NCBI GenBank assembly: GCA_963777205.1
Contig: CAVZPQ010000004.1
Location: 71,444 to 135,443, forward strand
Length of the DNA: 64,000 bases
Origin: an uncultured Acidobacteriaceae bacterium
Lineage (GTDB): Bacteria > Acidobacteriota > Terriglobia > Terriglobales > Acidobacteriaceae
Direction of reading: 5' to 3'
Below, one piece after another: positions 44,129 to 54,252 of the stretch (the stretch's first letter is position 1; the number at the start of each line of letters is the position of its first letter). The translations under genes and the position numbers were made by a program. The notes under the pieces were generated by a model. It was not told where the DNA came from. It did not search any database and saw only the letters and a list, made by a program, of their open reading frames with translations.

Positions 44129-46059
44129 TTCGCCGCCTCATCTGCGCTGAAGTCCGACAACGTAACAATCTCGCCCGGCGCCACCACAACCTCATTCGGC
44201 GCCGCCGTCTCAATATTCTCGTCGTAGAAGCTCGTGCGCTCCATCCGCGTCCACCGCACGCCGTTCCAATCAACGCGCAGCCTCTGCGCCTCCGTCGACC
44301 GGTTCAGCACAATTAAGCTGTCTCGCTTTCCATCCGTAAACGCCGCCGTCAGCAGATCGCCATTGCCGGCCTGCGTCTCCACGCGCCGCATCCCCTTCAG
44401 CACATGCCTGCTGAATGCACCCATCACCCGCAACTGAAAGCTCGACGCCACCGGCACCTCGCCGTTCGAACGGTCCGGCACCATCAACGATCGCGACCCG
44501 CCAAAGCTCGGCTGCTCCACATCCAGCAGCAGCCAGCAATACAGCAGCATCTCCGCATCCGCTTCGGTCAAATCCTTCTGGTACAACTGGCCCACCTGCA
44601 GCGCAATCCGGTACGACGGCTCCTGGTACTCCGCATCGTTCAGGCATATCTCCGTCGCCAGGAACGGCTTGCCCGCACTCGCGTCACGCATCGCGCGCAG
44701 CCGCGCGTCGTACATATCCGGATTCGCCAGAAACTCCTGGTAGTCATACTGGTGCGCCGCCGTAAAGTCCGTCGCGCCCCACGCCTCCGGAAATTTCTTT
44801 GCATCTCCCGCCCGACGAATCGCAATCCACAGATACGGCGCATCGGCCATCTGGATCTTCGTCGACTGAAATCCCGCCGCATCCAGGGCCTTCCGCACCG
44901 CCTTTGTCATCGCCGCAAAAACCTCCGGCGGCTGCTCCACCTCGTTCTGAATTCCCACAATCTCCGGCGCCGCTCCACTTCGCTCCTTCGCCTTCCTGCA
45001 AAAATCCACCACGATCCGCGCATACACATCCGGCTTCGCCGCATGCTTCACGGGCTTGCCCCACGCATCAGTCACCGGCTTGCCCTGCGGCGTATATGTC
45101 TCAATCGCCCATTCTGGCAGCGCCCACATCTCGTACAGCACCATCCCACCCAGCTCGCGCGTGCGCCGGCTGTAATCGAAATCCGACACCTCGCTATTCG
45201 GAAAATTGTCTCCGTAATAATGTGGCGTCGCGTCCTTCAAGTCCTCCACATTCGACAAGTCCGGCTTCAACTGCGTGCCCATCGGGTACTCACGATCCAC
45301 CAGCAGGTTGTACCGCTTCAGCATCTGCCAATACATCTGCTTGCCCCTGTCACTCAGCTCCCGATAGGTCGGCACGCTCGGACTCCCGCCAAATCCCAGC
45401 ATCTCCTGGTGCACCTTCGCCGCATTCGCCGTGATCGTCGCGTCCTCTGCTGTCTCGTCCATCAGCGCACCGGCCAGCGTGAGGTGCTCATTCCGCGGCC
45501 CTGAAAACATCAACTGCTGCCGCGTCAGGTCAAACAGCAGCGGAGCCGTCAACACGCGCTCGCCGTTCAGCAGAACCTGCACCGACAAGTGCGCATCCAC
45601 CACAACCGTCAACGCGCGCGCGTTCCCCACATACTGCTGCTCCTCTTCGCGCACCGTCTTGTCCGGATAATTCCCTCCTCCATCCAGCGCAGTCGAGTCA
45701 TAAAACCGCTCCACCAGCCGGACCTTCGAGCTCGTCAGCTCCACAGTCATTCCGGCATGCGGTCCGGTGAATATCCACGACAGCTTCGTGTGCTCCGGTA
45801 CTTCGCCATCAAATTGCAACGTGCGTTTGAACAGCGCTGGCAGCTCGCCCTTGAAGTACACACGCGCAATCGCATCCGGCCTTCCCCAACCCGGACCCAC
45901 TGGCCCATCGCTCGCAAACTCGAACCTCTGCGCCGCCGTCTGCGCCGTCGCCTTCGGCTGCGGAATCACCACCGCCTCTTGCGCGTGCGCCGCCACACCA
46001 CAGACCACCAGCCCCATCGCAACCCACACGCTCCACATCGCTCGTCCGCTCAATTTCAC
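44125..46059 (-). CDS. Secreted clan GH-A hydrolase (GH30-like)
   Basis: 'HQEMLGFGG', acid/base 'GIQNE', 'AHQY', nucleophile 'FLATE', C-terminal 'LIVLNRS' beta-domain. Confidence 0.7.
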   Translation of the reverse strand: MKLSGRAMWSVWVAMGLVVCGVAAHAQEAVVIPQPKATAQTAAQRFEFASDGPVGPGWGRPDAIARVYFKGELPALFKRTLQFDGEVPEHTKLSWIFTGPHAGMTVELTSSKVRLVERFYDSTALDGGGNYPDKTVREEEQQYVGNARALTVVVDAHLSVQVLLNGERVLTAPLLFDLTRQQLMFSGPRNEHLTLAGALMDETAEDATITANAAKVHQEMLGFGGSPSVPTYRELSDRGKQMYWQMLKRYNLLVDREYPMGTQLKPDLSNVEDLKDATPHYYGDNFPNSEVSDFDYSRRTRELGGMVLYEMWALPEWAIETYTPQGKPVTDAWGKPVKHAAKPDVYARIVVDFCRKAKERSGAAPEIVGIQNEVEQPPEVFAAMTKAVRKALDAAGFQSTKIQMADAPYLWIAIRRAGDAKKFPEAWGATDFTAAHQYDYQEFLANPDMYDARLRAMRDASAGKPFLATEICLNDAEYQEPSYRIALQVGQLYQKDLTEADAEMLLYCWLLLDVEQPSFGGSRSLMVPDRSNGEVPVASSFQLRVMGAFSRHVLKGMRRVETQAGNGDLLTAAFTDGKRDSLIVLNRSTEAQRLRVDWNGVRWTRMERTSFYDENIETAAPNEVVVAPGEIVTLSDFSADEAAK

Positions 46060-46124
46060 CTCTGCCTTGATCGAATCATCATTTCATCATCTGAATTTCC
46101 ATTTCATCTGGAATAGGCATAAAA

Positions 46125-48783
46125 ATGAAAATCAGACCGCCGATGCCCAACGCACGCCGCTTCTCTCTCGCCGCCCTGACTCTTTCGCTCGTCGCCACCT
46201 GCGCCCACGCTCAGCACGTCCCCGGCTACAACTACAACGAATCGAAAATCCCGCCCTACACGATGCTCGACCCGCTCCGGGTCGCGAACGGCCACCCCGT
46301 CACCACTCCGCAGCAGTGGTTCACGCAGCGTCGTCCTGAAATCCTCCGCCTCTTCGAAGACAACGTCTTCGGGGTCACGCCCGCCGCCGCACAACACGCC
46401 ATCACCCACGCCCGCATCATCGAGCACAACGAGCACGCACTCAACGGCCTCGCAGTCCGCGAGCAGGTCGAGCTCACCTTCGATCCCGCGCCCGGCATCA
46501 CACCCGCTCCCGGTGTGCTCCACACGATGCGTCTGCTCATCTACATCCCCGCCGCCGCAGCAGCCGCGCATCATCCCGTTCCCGTCGTACTTGGCCTCAA
46601 CTTCGGCGGCAATCAAACCGTCCTCGACGACCCCGCAATCCAGCCCACGCCCGTCTGGATTCAACCCAAAGGCGGCGAGCTCCAGCACATCGCTCCACCC
46701 GAAGACTCGCGCGGCCGCGCCATCCAGCAGTGGCAGGTAAAGATGCTCCTCTCCCGCGGCTACGGCCTCGCTACCGCTTACTATGGCGACCTCGAACCCG
46801 ATTTCAAAAACGCCGCTCAGTACAGCGCGCGCAATCTCTTCGGCCCCACGGGGTCCCCGGCCAGCTTGCTGGCCGGGGTAAGGATCGACAACGCACCCAA
46901 CGCCTGGGGAGCCATCGGCCTGTGGTCCTGGGGACTCAGCCGCGCGCTCGACTACCTCGTCCTCGATCCCCTGCGTCGATCCCCACCGCGTAGCCGTCAC
47001 CGGCCATAGCCGTCTCGGCAAAACCGCCGATTGGGCCGCCGCCCAGGATCCTCGCTTCGCCGCCGTGCTCTCCAACGAGAGCGGCCACGGCGGGCAATCC
47101 ATCCAGCGCCGCGCGCTCGGCGAAACAGTCGCTCACCTCGAGCACTCGTTCCCCTACTGGTTCTGTCCCAACTACGCCAGGTGGGTCGGCCATGACGCCG
47201 AGATCCCCGCCGACGGCAATCTCCTCCTCTCGCTCATCGCTCCACGCCCGCTGTACGTAGGCTCGGCCGTCGGCGACGAATGGTCCGATCCGAAGGGCGA
47301 GTTCCTCTCCGCCGTCAGCGCCTCCCGCGTCTACCGGCTCCTCGGCAAGCCGGCACTCGCGCCGAACACTCCACAACCCGAACTCGACCATCCCATCGGT
47401 CTCAACGGCTTCGTCGCGTACCACGAGCGCACCGGCAAGCACGACGTCACTGCCTTCGACTGGCAGCACTACCTCGACTTCCTCGACAATCGCTGGGGCA
47501 AGCCCGACGTCACGCCCGCAACAACCATGATCGGCACCGCGGAGCCCCCACTCCCTCCTCATCCCGCCACCACGGCGCAAGTCAACAACTGGCGTCGTGA
47601 AATCCGCCGCGCGCTCTTCATCCCCGACCCTCTCCCGAAGCTCGAAACAAAAACCATCTCATCGACTGAGATCACTCCCGGCGTCACCCTCGACAAGGTC
47701 ATCTACACCACCGCCTACGGCCTCCGCATTCCCGCCGACGTCTACCGCCCCACGCACCCACCAGCCGCAAAGCTCCCCGCCATCGTCGTCGTCAATGGCC
47801 ACGGAGCCGACAAGTCATCCTGGTACTCGTACTACACCGGGGTGCTCTACGCCCGAGCCGGCGCCGTCGTCCTCACCTACGACCCCATCGGCGAAGGCGA
47901 GCGCAACGATGACCACAAAGACTTCACCGGCGAGCACGACCAGCTCGTCGTCAACCCGGAATCCATGCCGCAGCGCATGGGCGGCCTCATGATCACCGAC
48001 GTCATGCAGGCCGTCAGTTATCTCTCCTCACGCCACGACGTCGACCCGCACCGTATCGCCATCCTCGGCTTCTCGATGGGCTCCTTCATCTCCTCGCTCA
48101 CCGGCGCCGCCGACCCGCGCATCCACTCCGTCCTCCTCGTCGGCGGCGGCGACCTCGATGGCCCCAATGGCTACTGGGACCTAAGCCACGTCATGATGTG
48201 CCAGGGCGGACCCTACCGCTCGCTCGCCTTCCTCGGCGACCGCCCCGCCGTCCTCTTCACCCTCCAGGCCCGCCGCGGCGACACCTTCATCATCAACGGC
48301 ACCGCCGACACGGTCGTCGACATCCCGCACCACGGCCCCGACTTCTTCGCCAACCTCCGCCAGCGCGTCATCACGCTCAACGGTTCCGACAAACACGTCT
48401 TCACCACCTGGTTCGATCCCGGCGCCAGTCACCGCCCCTCCTGGGTCACACCCCGCGCCGCCGCCTGGCTAAACTCCGAACTCCATTTCCCCGCCTGGCG
48501 CGACAAAGATCCCAACACCCTCCCCACCGTCCGCATCGGCGACTGGGCCGCAAAGGTCGGCGCCGGCTTCTCCAAAAACTACGACCGCCCCGACCGCGAC
48601 GCCGGCATCATCGCCCTCGCCGCAGACGTCCCCCACCTCACCGTCGATCAGCTCGACGTCCTCCCTCTGCCGGAATGGCAAGCCCACAAAACCAACTTCA
48701 TCTACGCCACATGGCTCCAGCGTGCCGCCGCCGCCGCATCCGAGACCTCACAACCCGCCCCGAGTTCCACATTCGTGCACTAA
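46125..48783 (+). CDS. Two-domain secreted esterase: CE15-like domain plus alpha/beta-hydrolase; frameshift near 46970
   Basis: 'NYNESKIPPYTMLDPL', 'WGAIGLWSWGLSRALDYL', 'GHSRLGK', 'LIAPRPLY', 'WSDPKGE'; second domain 'PAIVVVNGHG...YDPIGEGER...DVDPHRIAILGFSMG'. Confidence 0.85.
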
Positions 48784-48867
48784 CTTTCACTTTTGTTGCT
48801 CTCGACCGCATCCCTCCGCTATAGTGCTGCCATCGCCGGAGATACCTCCCCTCGCGCTCAGCCCAAA

Positions 48868-50502
48868 ATGCCCTCTCCCCGCCTCCCAACGCTCGCCGCT
48901 CTACCGCTCCTCCTCGCCGCGATCGCCCCTGCGCAAACCCTCCTGCACCCCGCCGACTACCACCACTACGTCCACACCTTCGAAGCCGACGAGCAGCTCG
49001 CCACCGGCCGCATCTACAACGGCGAACCCGCCACCCCCGGCCAACCCCCCGAAGCCACCTGGCCCTGGATGCAGCGCGAGATCCCCTGGTTCGACTGCTC
49101 CGACAAATCCTTCGAAGAGATGTACTACTTCCGCTGGTACGCCTTCAAAAAGCACATCCTGCACACCCCCACCGGCTACCTCATCACCGAGTGGCTCGAC
49201 CGCCCCGAGATGACCGACCGCGGCACACTCTCCGACGCCGCCCCCTTCCACCTCAACGAAGCCCGCTGGCTGCACGACCGCGCCATCGCCGAGGACTACG
49301 CCCGCTACTGGTACCGCCCCACATCCAAGCCGCGCAATTATTCCGAACCCCTGACCACCGCTGTCCGCAACGTCACCCTCGCCACCGGCGACACCTCCCT
49401 CACCACCTCGCTCCTGCCCGACTTCGTCCGCGTCTACCACGATTGGCAGCGCACCCAGCAGGACCCCAACGGCCTCTTCTGGTCCATCGACACCCGCGAC
49501 GCCATGGAGAAGTCCATCTCCGGCGACGGCTACCGCCCCACCCTGAACTCCTACATGGTCGCCGACGCGCGCGCCATCGCCGCCACCGCACTCCTCGCCA
49601 ACAACCAAGCCCTCGCCGACGACTTCACCGCCAAAGCCGACCGCCTCAACAACCTCATCGAAACCAGACTCTGGAACCCCAAAGACCAGTTCTACGAGGT
49701 CGTCTCACCCGCCAAAGACTCCGGCATCCGCGCGCAAAAGAAGTTCAAAGACCCCGGCACAGTCCTCCAGTTCTCCGGCGTTCGCGAGCTCATCGGCTAC
49801 GACCCCTGGGCCTACGCCTCGCCCGCACCCGCGCACGCCGTCGCCTGGCGTCAGCTCTTCGACCCCCAGGGCTTCGACGGCAAATTCGGCCCCACCACCG
49901 CCGAGCGCCGCAGCCCCCGCTTCCGCTTCGCCTCCTCCGACCAGTGCACCTGGAACGGCCCGGCCTGGCCCTTCGCCATCACCCAAACCCTCACCGCGCT
50001 CGCCGACTACCTCAACTCCTCCGGCCCGCACACCATCGACCGCGCCGCCTACGACACCCTCTTCGCCCGCTACGTCCTCGCGCAGCACATCTCGGTAGAT
50101 GTCGCGGGCAAGCCGCTGCCCCATCGCATCGACTGGATCGACGAAGACTACGACGCCGACACCGGCGACTGGATCGCCAAGCGCATGCTCCTCGCCAAAA
50201 ACAAGCAGGTCGGCCGCGGCAACTACTACAACCACTCCGGATTCGCCGACCCGCTCATCACCGGCCTCATCGGCCTGCGCCCGCGCGCCGACAACCACAT
50301 CGTCCTCCACCCGCTCGCGCCCGCATCCTGGACCTACTTCGCCATCGACGCGCTGCCCTACCACGGCCACCTCCTCACCATCGCCTTCGACTCCACCGGC
50401 CAGCACTACCACCACGGTCGCGGCCTCTGGCTCGCCGTCGACGGCCATAAGATCGCCCACCGCCCCACCCTCGGCCCGCTCGAAGCCAACCTCCCCAAGT
50501 AA
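48868..50502 (+). CDS. Secreted (alpha/alpha)6 MGH1-like hydrolase, GH142-like beta-L-arabinofuranosidase candidate
   Basis: 'WMQREIPWFDC...EEMYYFRW', 'GLFW...DAMEKSISG...RPTLNSYM', 'RELIGY.PW', 'GPTTAERRSP', 'CTWNGPAWP', 'YNHSGFAD..ITGLIG'. Confidence 0.78.
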   Translation: MPSPRLPTLAALPLLLAAIAPAQTLLHPADYHHYVHTFEADEQLATGRIYNGEPATPGQPPEATWPWMQREIPWFDCSDKSFEEMYYFRWYAFKKHILHTPTGYLITEWLDRPEMTDRGTLSDAAPFHLNEARWLHDRAIAEDYARYWYRPTSKPRNYSEPLTTAVRNVTLATGDTSLTTSLLPDFVRVYHDWQRTQQDPNGLFWSIDTRDAMEKSISGDGYRPTLNSYMVADARAIAATALLANNQALADDFTAKADRLNNLIETRLWNPKDQFYEVVSPAKDSGIRAQKKFKDPGTVLQFSGVRELIGYDPWAYASPAPAHAVAWRQLFDPQGFDGKFGPTTAERRSPRFRFASSDQCTWNGPAWPFAITQTLTALADYLNSSGPHTIDRAAYDTLFARYVLAQHISVDVAGKPLPHRIDWIDEDYDADTGDWIAKRMLLAKNKQVGRGNYYNHSGFADPLITGLIGLRPRADNHIVLHPLAPASWTYFAIDALPYHGHLLTIAFDSTGQHYHHGRGLWLAVDGHKIAHRPTLGPLEANLPK

Positions 50503-50536
50503 CACATGCAGGAGATGTCGTTGAAGCCAGACTCGA

Positions 50537-53055
50537 TTGACCAGCCCGGGTGCCCCACGTCTCGCTTTTGAGACGTGGGTTCGCAGCATGCTCGTACTAG
50601 CCTCCGCGTTTCTCCTCGCCACCATCCTCCCGGCGCAAAAAGACGGCATCATCGCCCGCATGCCCGGCACCCCACCTCCTCTCGCAGCCGCCGGCATCCC
50701 CGCAACCGTCCTCGTCGCCCCCGGCACCTTCCGCATGGGCGCCGACGCCGCCCCGCTCCCGCCCACCATCACCAGGGGCTTCGGCGTCATGTCCACCCGC
50801 CCTGTCCACGGTGACTTCGACGAGGTCCCCGCCCACACCGTCCACATCACCCACGCCTTCCGCATCGGAATCACGCAGGTCTCGCCCGCTGAGTACGCCG
50901 AGTTCGATCCCGCCTACAAGCCGCACGCGTCTACTCCCGCGTACGCAGCAGGCGTCTAGCTGGGATCAGGCCATGGCCTACTGCCGCTGGCTCACCGAAA
51001 AGACCGGCAAGCCCTGGCGCCTGCCCACCGAAGCCGAGTGGGAGTACGTGGCTCGCGCCGGCGGCACAAAAATCTTCGGCGCGTCCGACACGCCGCTCCC
51101 GCTCGACCAGCCCAACGCCTTCGGTGTCGAAAACCAGGAGGTCGGCCGCCCCGAGTGGACCCTCGACAACTACGCGCCCTACCAGCCGCAGCCCCAGACC
51201 GATCCCCGCGGCGCCTCCTCATCCATGACCAAATCCATTCGCGGCGGCGGCCTCGACTGGCGCCATACCGCGACCAAAACCTCACCCGATCTCAACGTCC
51301 CGGCGACGGCCCCTTACTTCTCGCGCCCCGCCAACCGCGCCAGTCTGCCGCCGTCCTACGCTTCCGAAAACGGCAACGTCGGCTTCCGCGTCGTGCAAGC
51401 TCCGGACCCGCCCGACAATCCGGGAACCTGGACCCCGCCGCAGCACTACTTCTTCGAAACTGCCGTCCACCAGCTCGCCATCACCGGCGCACCCGCGCTG
51501 TCGAAACCAATCGACCAGCTCGACAACAGCAAGCCCTTCTACCGCACACACGAGCTCTTCCCCAACCTCGGCGGCAAGAGCATGCCCGCCGTCGGCTGGC
51601 GTCTCGGCCTCGCGCGCGGCCTCGGCATCAACTATCACAACTCCGCCATTCAGGTGCTCCCCAACGGCGACCTCCTCGCCGCGTTCTACAACACGCCTGA
51701 CCGCGAAGACGACCCTGACCAGACCATCATGGTTCTCCGCCGCCGCGCCGGCACCGAAGATTGGGACATGCCCGAGCCGTTCCCCATCTTCGCCGACGCC
51801 GGCACTCGCCGCCCCCGTCATCTGGAACGACCCCAAATTCCGGTCTGAGCCCGGCGGCCGCGTCTGGTTCTTCTGGGGATTCGCCCGTCTCATCGGCGCT
51901 CCACCCTTCGCCTGGGCCACCTCCAAAGACAACGGCGCCACGTGGTCCGCCGCGCACTTCCCCGTCTTCCCGCAGCCCATCGGCCGCTACGTCTCGCAGC
52001 CCATCAACTCCATCGTGCGCGGTCCAGCCGAAGGCCCAAATGGAACTCAAGCCGGCGCGATCTACCTGCCCACCGACTCAACCGGCCGCGACGCCGACGG
52101 GAACGGCTCCATCTCCGTCGTCTGGAAGTCCACCGACGACGGCCGCACATGGTCCGACACCGGAGGCCGCACCGCCGGCCGCCACACCACCATCGTCTTT
52201 GCACACAACGGCGACCTCCTCGGCTTCGGCGGCAAAAACTCCAACATCGACGGCCGTATGCCCCTCGCCACCTCGCACGACGACGGCAGGACCTGGACAA
52301 AATCCAAGCTTCCCTTCGACCCGCTCGCCAGCGGCGAACGCCCCTCCGTCATCCGTCTGCTCGACGGCAAGCTCTTCTTCGTCGCCGACTTCAATCCGCA
52401 CAACCAGAAACACATTCACAAGGACGGCGCCTACGTTGCACTCTCCTCCGACGACGGCAAGACCTGGACCATCAAGCCGCTGCCCTCCAACATCCTCACC
52501 GTCGGCTACACCACCGCCACCCAGGGCCCCGACGGCATCATCCACATCGCCACAACCAAGAACACCATCAACTACGAGATCGAACTCAACGAAGCCTGGG
52601 TGCTCGACAAAAGCATCGGTGATCCGGAGTCAGCTGCGGGTGCCCCACGTCTCGATTCTGAGACGTCGGTTGGAACTCACCTCACCCACCACACCGAGCG
52701 CTATCCCAACAGCAAAACAAAATCCACATGGACCACCGCCGCCCTCCCCGACGGCCGCATCGTCCTCGAAGGCGAAGAGCGCTTCTTCTATCCCGACGGC
52801 CACCCCCAGTGGACCGCCCACTTCCACAACGGCTTCAAACTCGGCGAAGAACGCTACCAGCGCGAAGACGGCACCCTGATCTGGCAGAAAACCTACAACC
52901 CCGACGGCACCTGGACATGGCAGAACTACGACGCCGCGGGCCACCTCACCGCAACCTCACACTGGCGCAACAAAACTCTCCTCAACTCCGACATCCCCGA
53001 CACCGCGCCCGACAAACACCCCACCACCAGCGCTCCCGAACCCGGCGCCGAATGA
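50537..53055 (+). CDS. FGE-sulfatase/SUMF1-like domain + BNR propeller + MORN-like C-terminal repeat protein; frameshifts near 50957 and 51810-51850
   Basis: 'PGTFRMG', 'WRLPTEAEWEYVAR', 'VGFRVV'; Asp-boxes 'STDDGRTW', 'SHDDGRTW', 'SSDDGKTW'; tail 'GEERFFYPDG...GEERYQREDG'. Confidence 0.8.
50548..50579. repeat. REP-like palindrome family B at the start of the FGE-BNR gene
   Basis: GGGTGCCCCACGTCTCGCTTTTGAGACGTGGG. Confidence 0.85.
52638..52669. repeat. REP-like palindrome family B inside the FGE-BNR coding region
   Basis: GGGTGCCCCACGTCTCGATTCTGAGACGTCGG, translated in frame as GAPRLDSETS. Confidence 0.85.
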
Positions 53056-53146
53056 ACCCGCCGCCGAATGAACACCCGATGCGCGACGAATCCAAGAACC
53101 TGACGAGATAAATCACATAGCCAGCAACTGATTCAAAGGAGCAACA

Positions 53147-54110
53147 GTGAGCATTCGACATCGAATCGCCTCCCTCATTCTCGTCGCTCTCACGTTCGCT
53201 CCCCTCGGACACGCCCAAACGCCCTCCCCGACCGACCCCGTCGTCTTCGCCTACTTCAAAGAGCCCGGCAACCAGGGCATCTACCTCGCGCTCTCGCGCG
53301 ACGGCTATACCTTCACCCCGCTCAACGACGGTCAGCCCTGGCTCAAGCCCGACCAGCCCGGCGAGATCATGCGCGACGTCTACATCACCCGCACCCCTGA
53401 CGGCGCCCACTTCCGCATGGTCTTCACCTGGGCCTGGCACGGCAACGCCATCGGCATCTCCGACTCCGACGACCTCCTCCACTGGTCACCGCAGCGCCGC
53501 ATCGAGATCATGTCCGCCTTCCCCAACGTCCAGAACACCTGGGCGCCTGAAACCTACTGGGACGAGCAGACCAAGGACTGGCTCATCATCTTCTCCGCTT
53601 CCTTCAACGCCACCCCAACCACACCCGCCGAAGGTCTCCGCATCTGGTCCGCCCACACCGCGGACTGGCAGACCTTCACCACACCCGAAAAATTCTTCGA
53701 CCGCGGCTTCCCCGTCATCGACGCCACGCTCTTCCACCGCACCCTCCACGGCAAGCATGACGTCGTCATGGTCCTCAAAGACCAGACCCCCGACCCGCTG
53801 CGCTACAACGAGCGCTGGACCGCCGCCCCCACCGTCAACGGCCCCTGGGGCGCGCTCTCCGCCCCCATCAACGAATCCTGGTCGGAAGGCCCCAGCGTCA
53901 TCCAGGTCGGCGACAAGATCAATCGTCTATTACGACCACTACCGCCCGCCCCGGCCTCGCTACGAAGGCGTCGAAACCACCGACTGGTTCCACTGGACCA
54001 GCATCGACGACAAGATGCACTTCCCCGATGCCGCTAAACACGGCAGCTTCTTCCGCGTCACCGAGGCCGAAGCCCAGCGCCTCCTCGCCCGCCACGACCC
54101 GGCTCCATAA
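53147..54110 (+). CDS. Secreted GH43 five-bladed propeller (GH43_18-like arabinofuranosidase); frameshift near 53920
   Basis: 'VFAYFK...GIYLALSRDG', 'MRD', 'DLLHWS', 'NTWAPE', 'VIDATL', 'SEGPS', 'KHGS'. Confidence 0.85.
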
Positions 54111-54178
54111 CCCGGCTACTTGACAAAACTCCGTCTCGGCGCACCCATCAACTAAAGACTCCCTCCAGCAATCGCACC

Positions 54179-54245
54179 CTGAAGTCCACCCCTAAGCTGC
54201 CTTCTTGGAAGACTTTGCGCAAAAACTGACGGGGGAAGGGGGGAG
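54179..54245 (+). repeat. Dispersed element, copy 2, between convergent genes
   Basis: CTGAAGTCCACCCCTAA-N12-GAAGACTTTGC-GCAAAAACTGAC-GGGGGAAGGGGGGAG. Confidence 0.85.
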
Positions 54246-54252
54246 CCGAGGG

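Noticed and set aside
50955-50962. In-frame TAG in the FGE-domain gene as stop-codon readthrough or recoding
   Set aside because: The downstream coding sequence continues in a different frame (GV-SWDQA), which fits a one-base insertion rather than readthrough.
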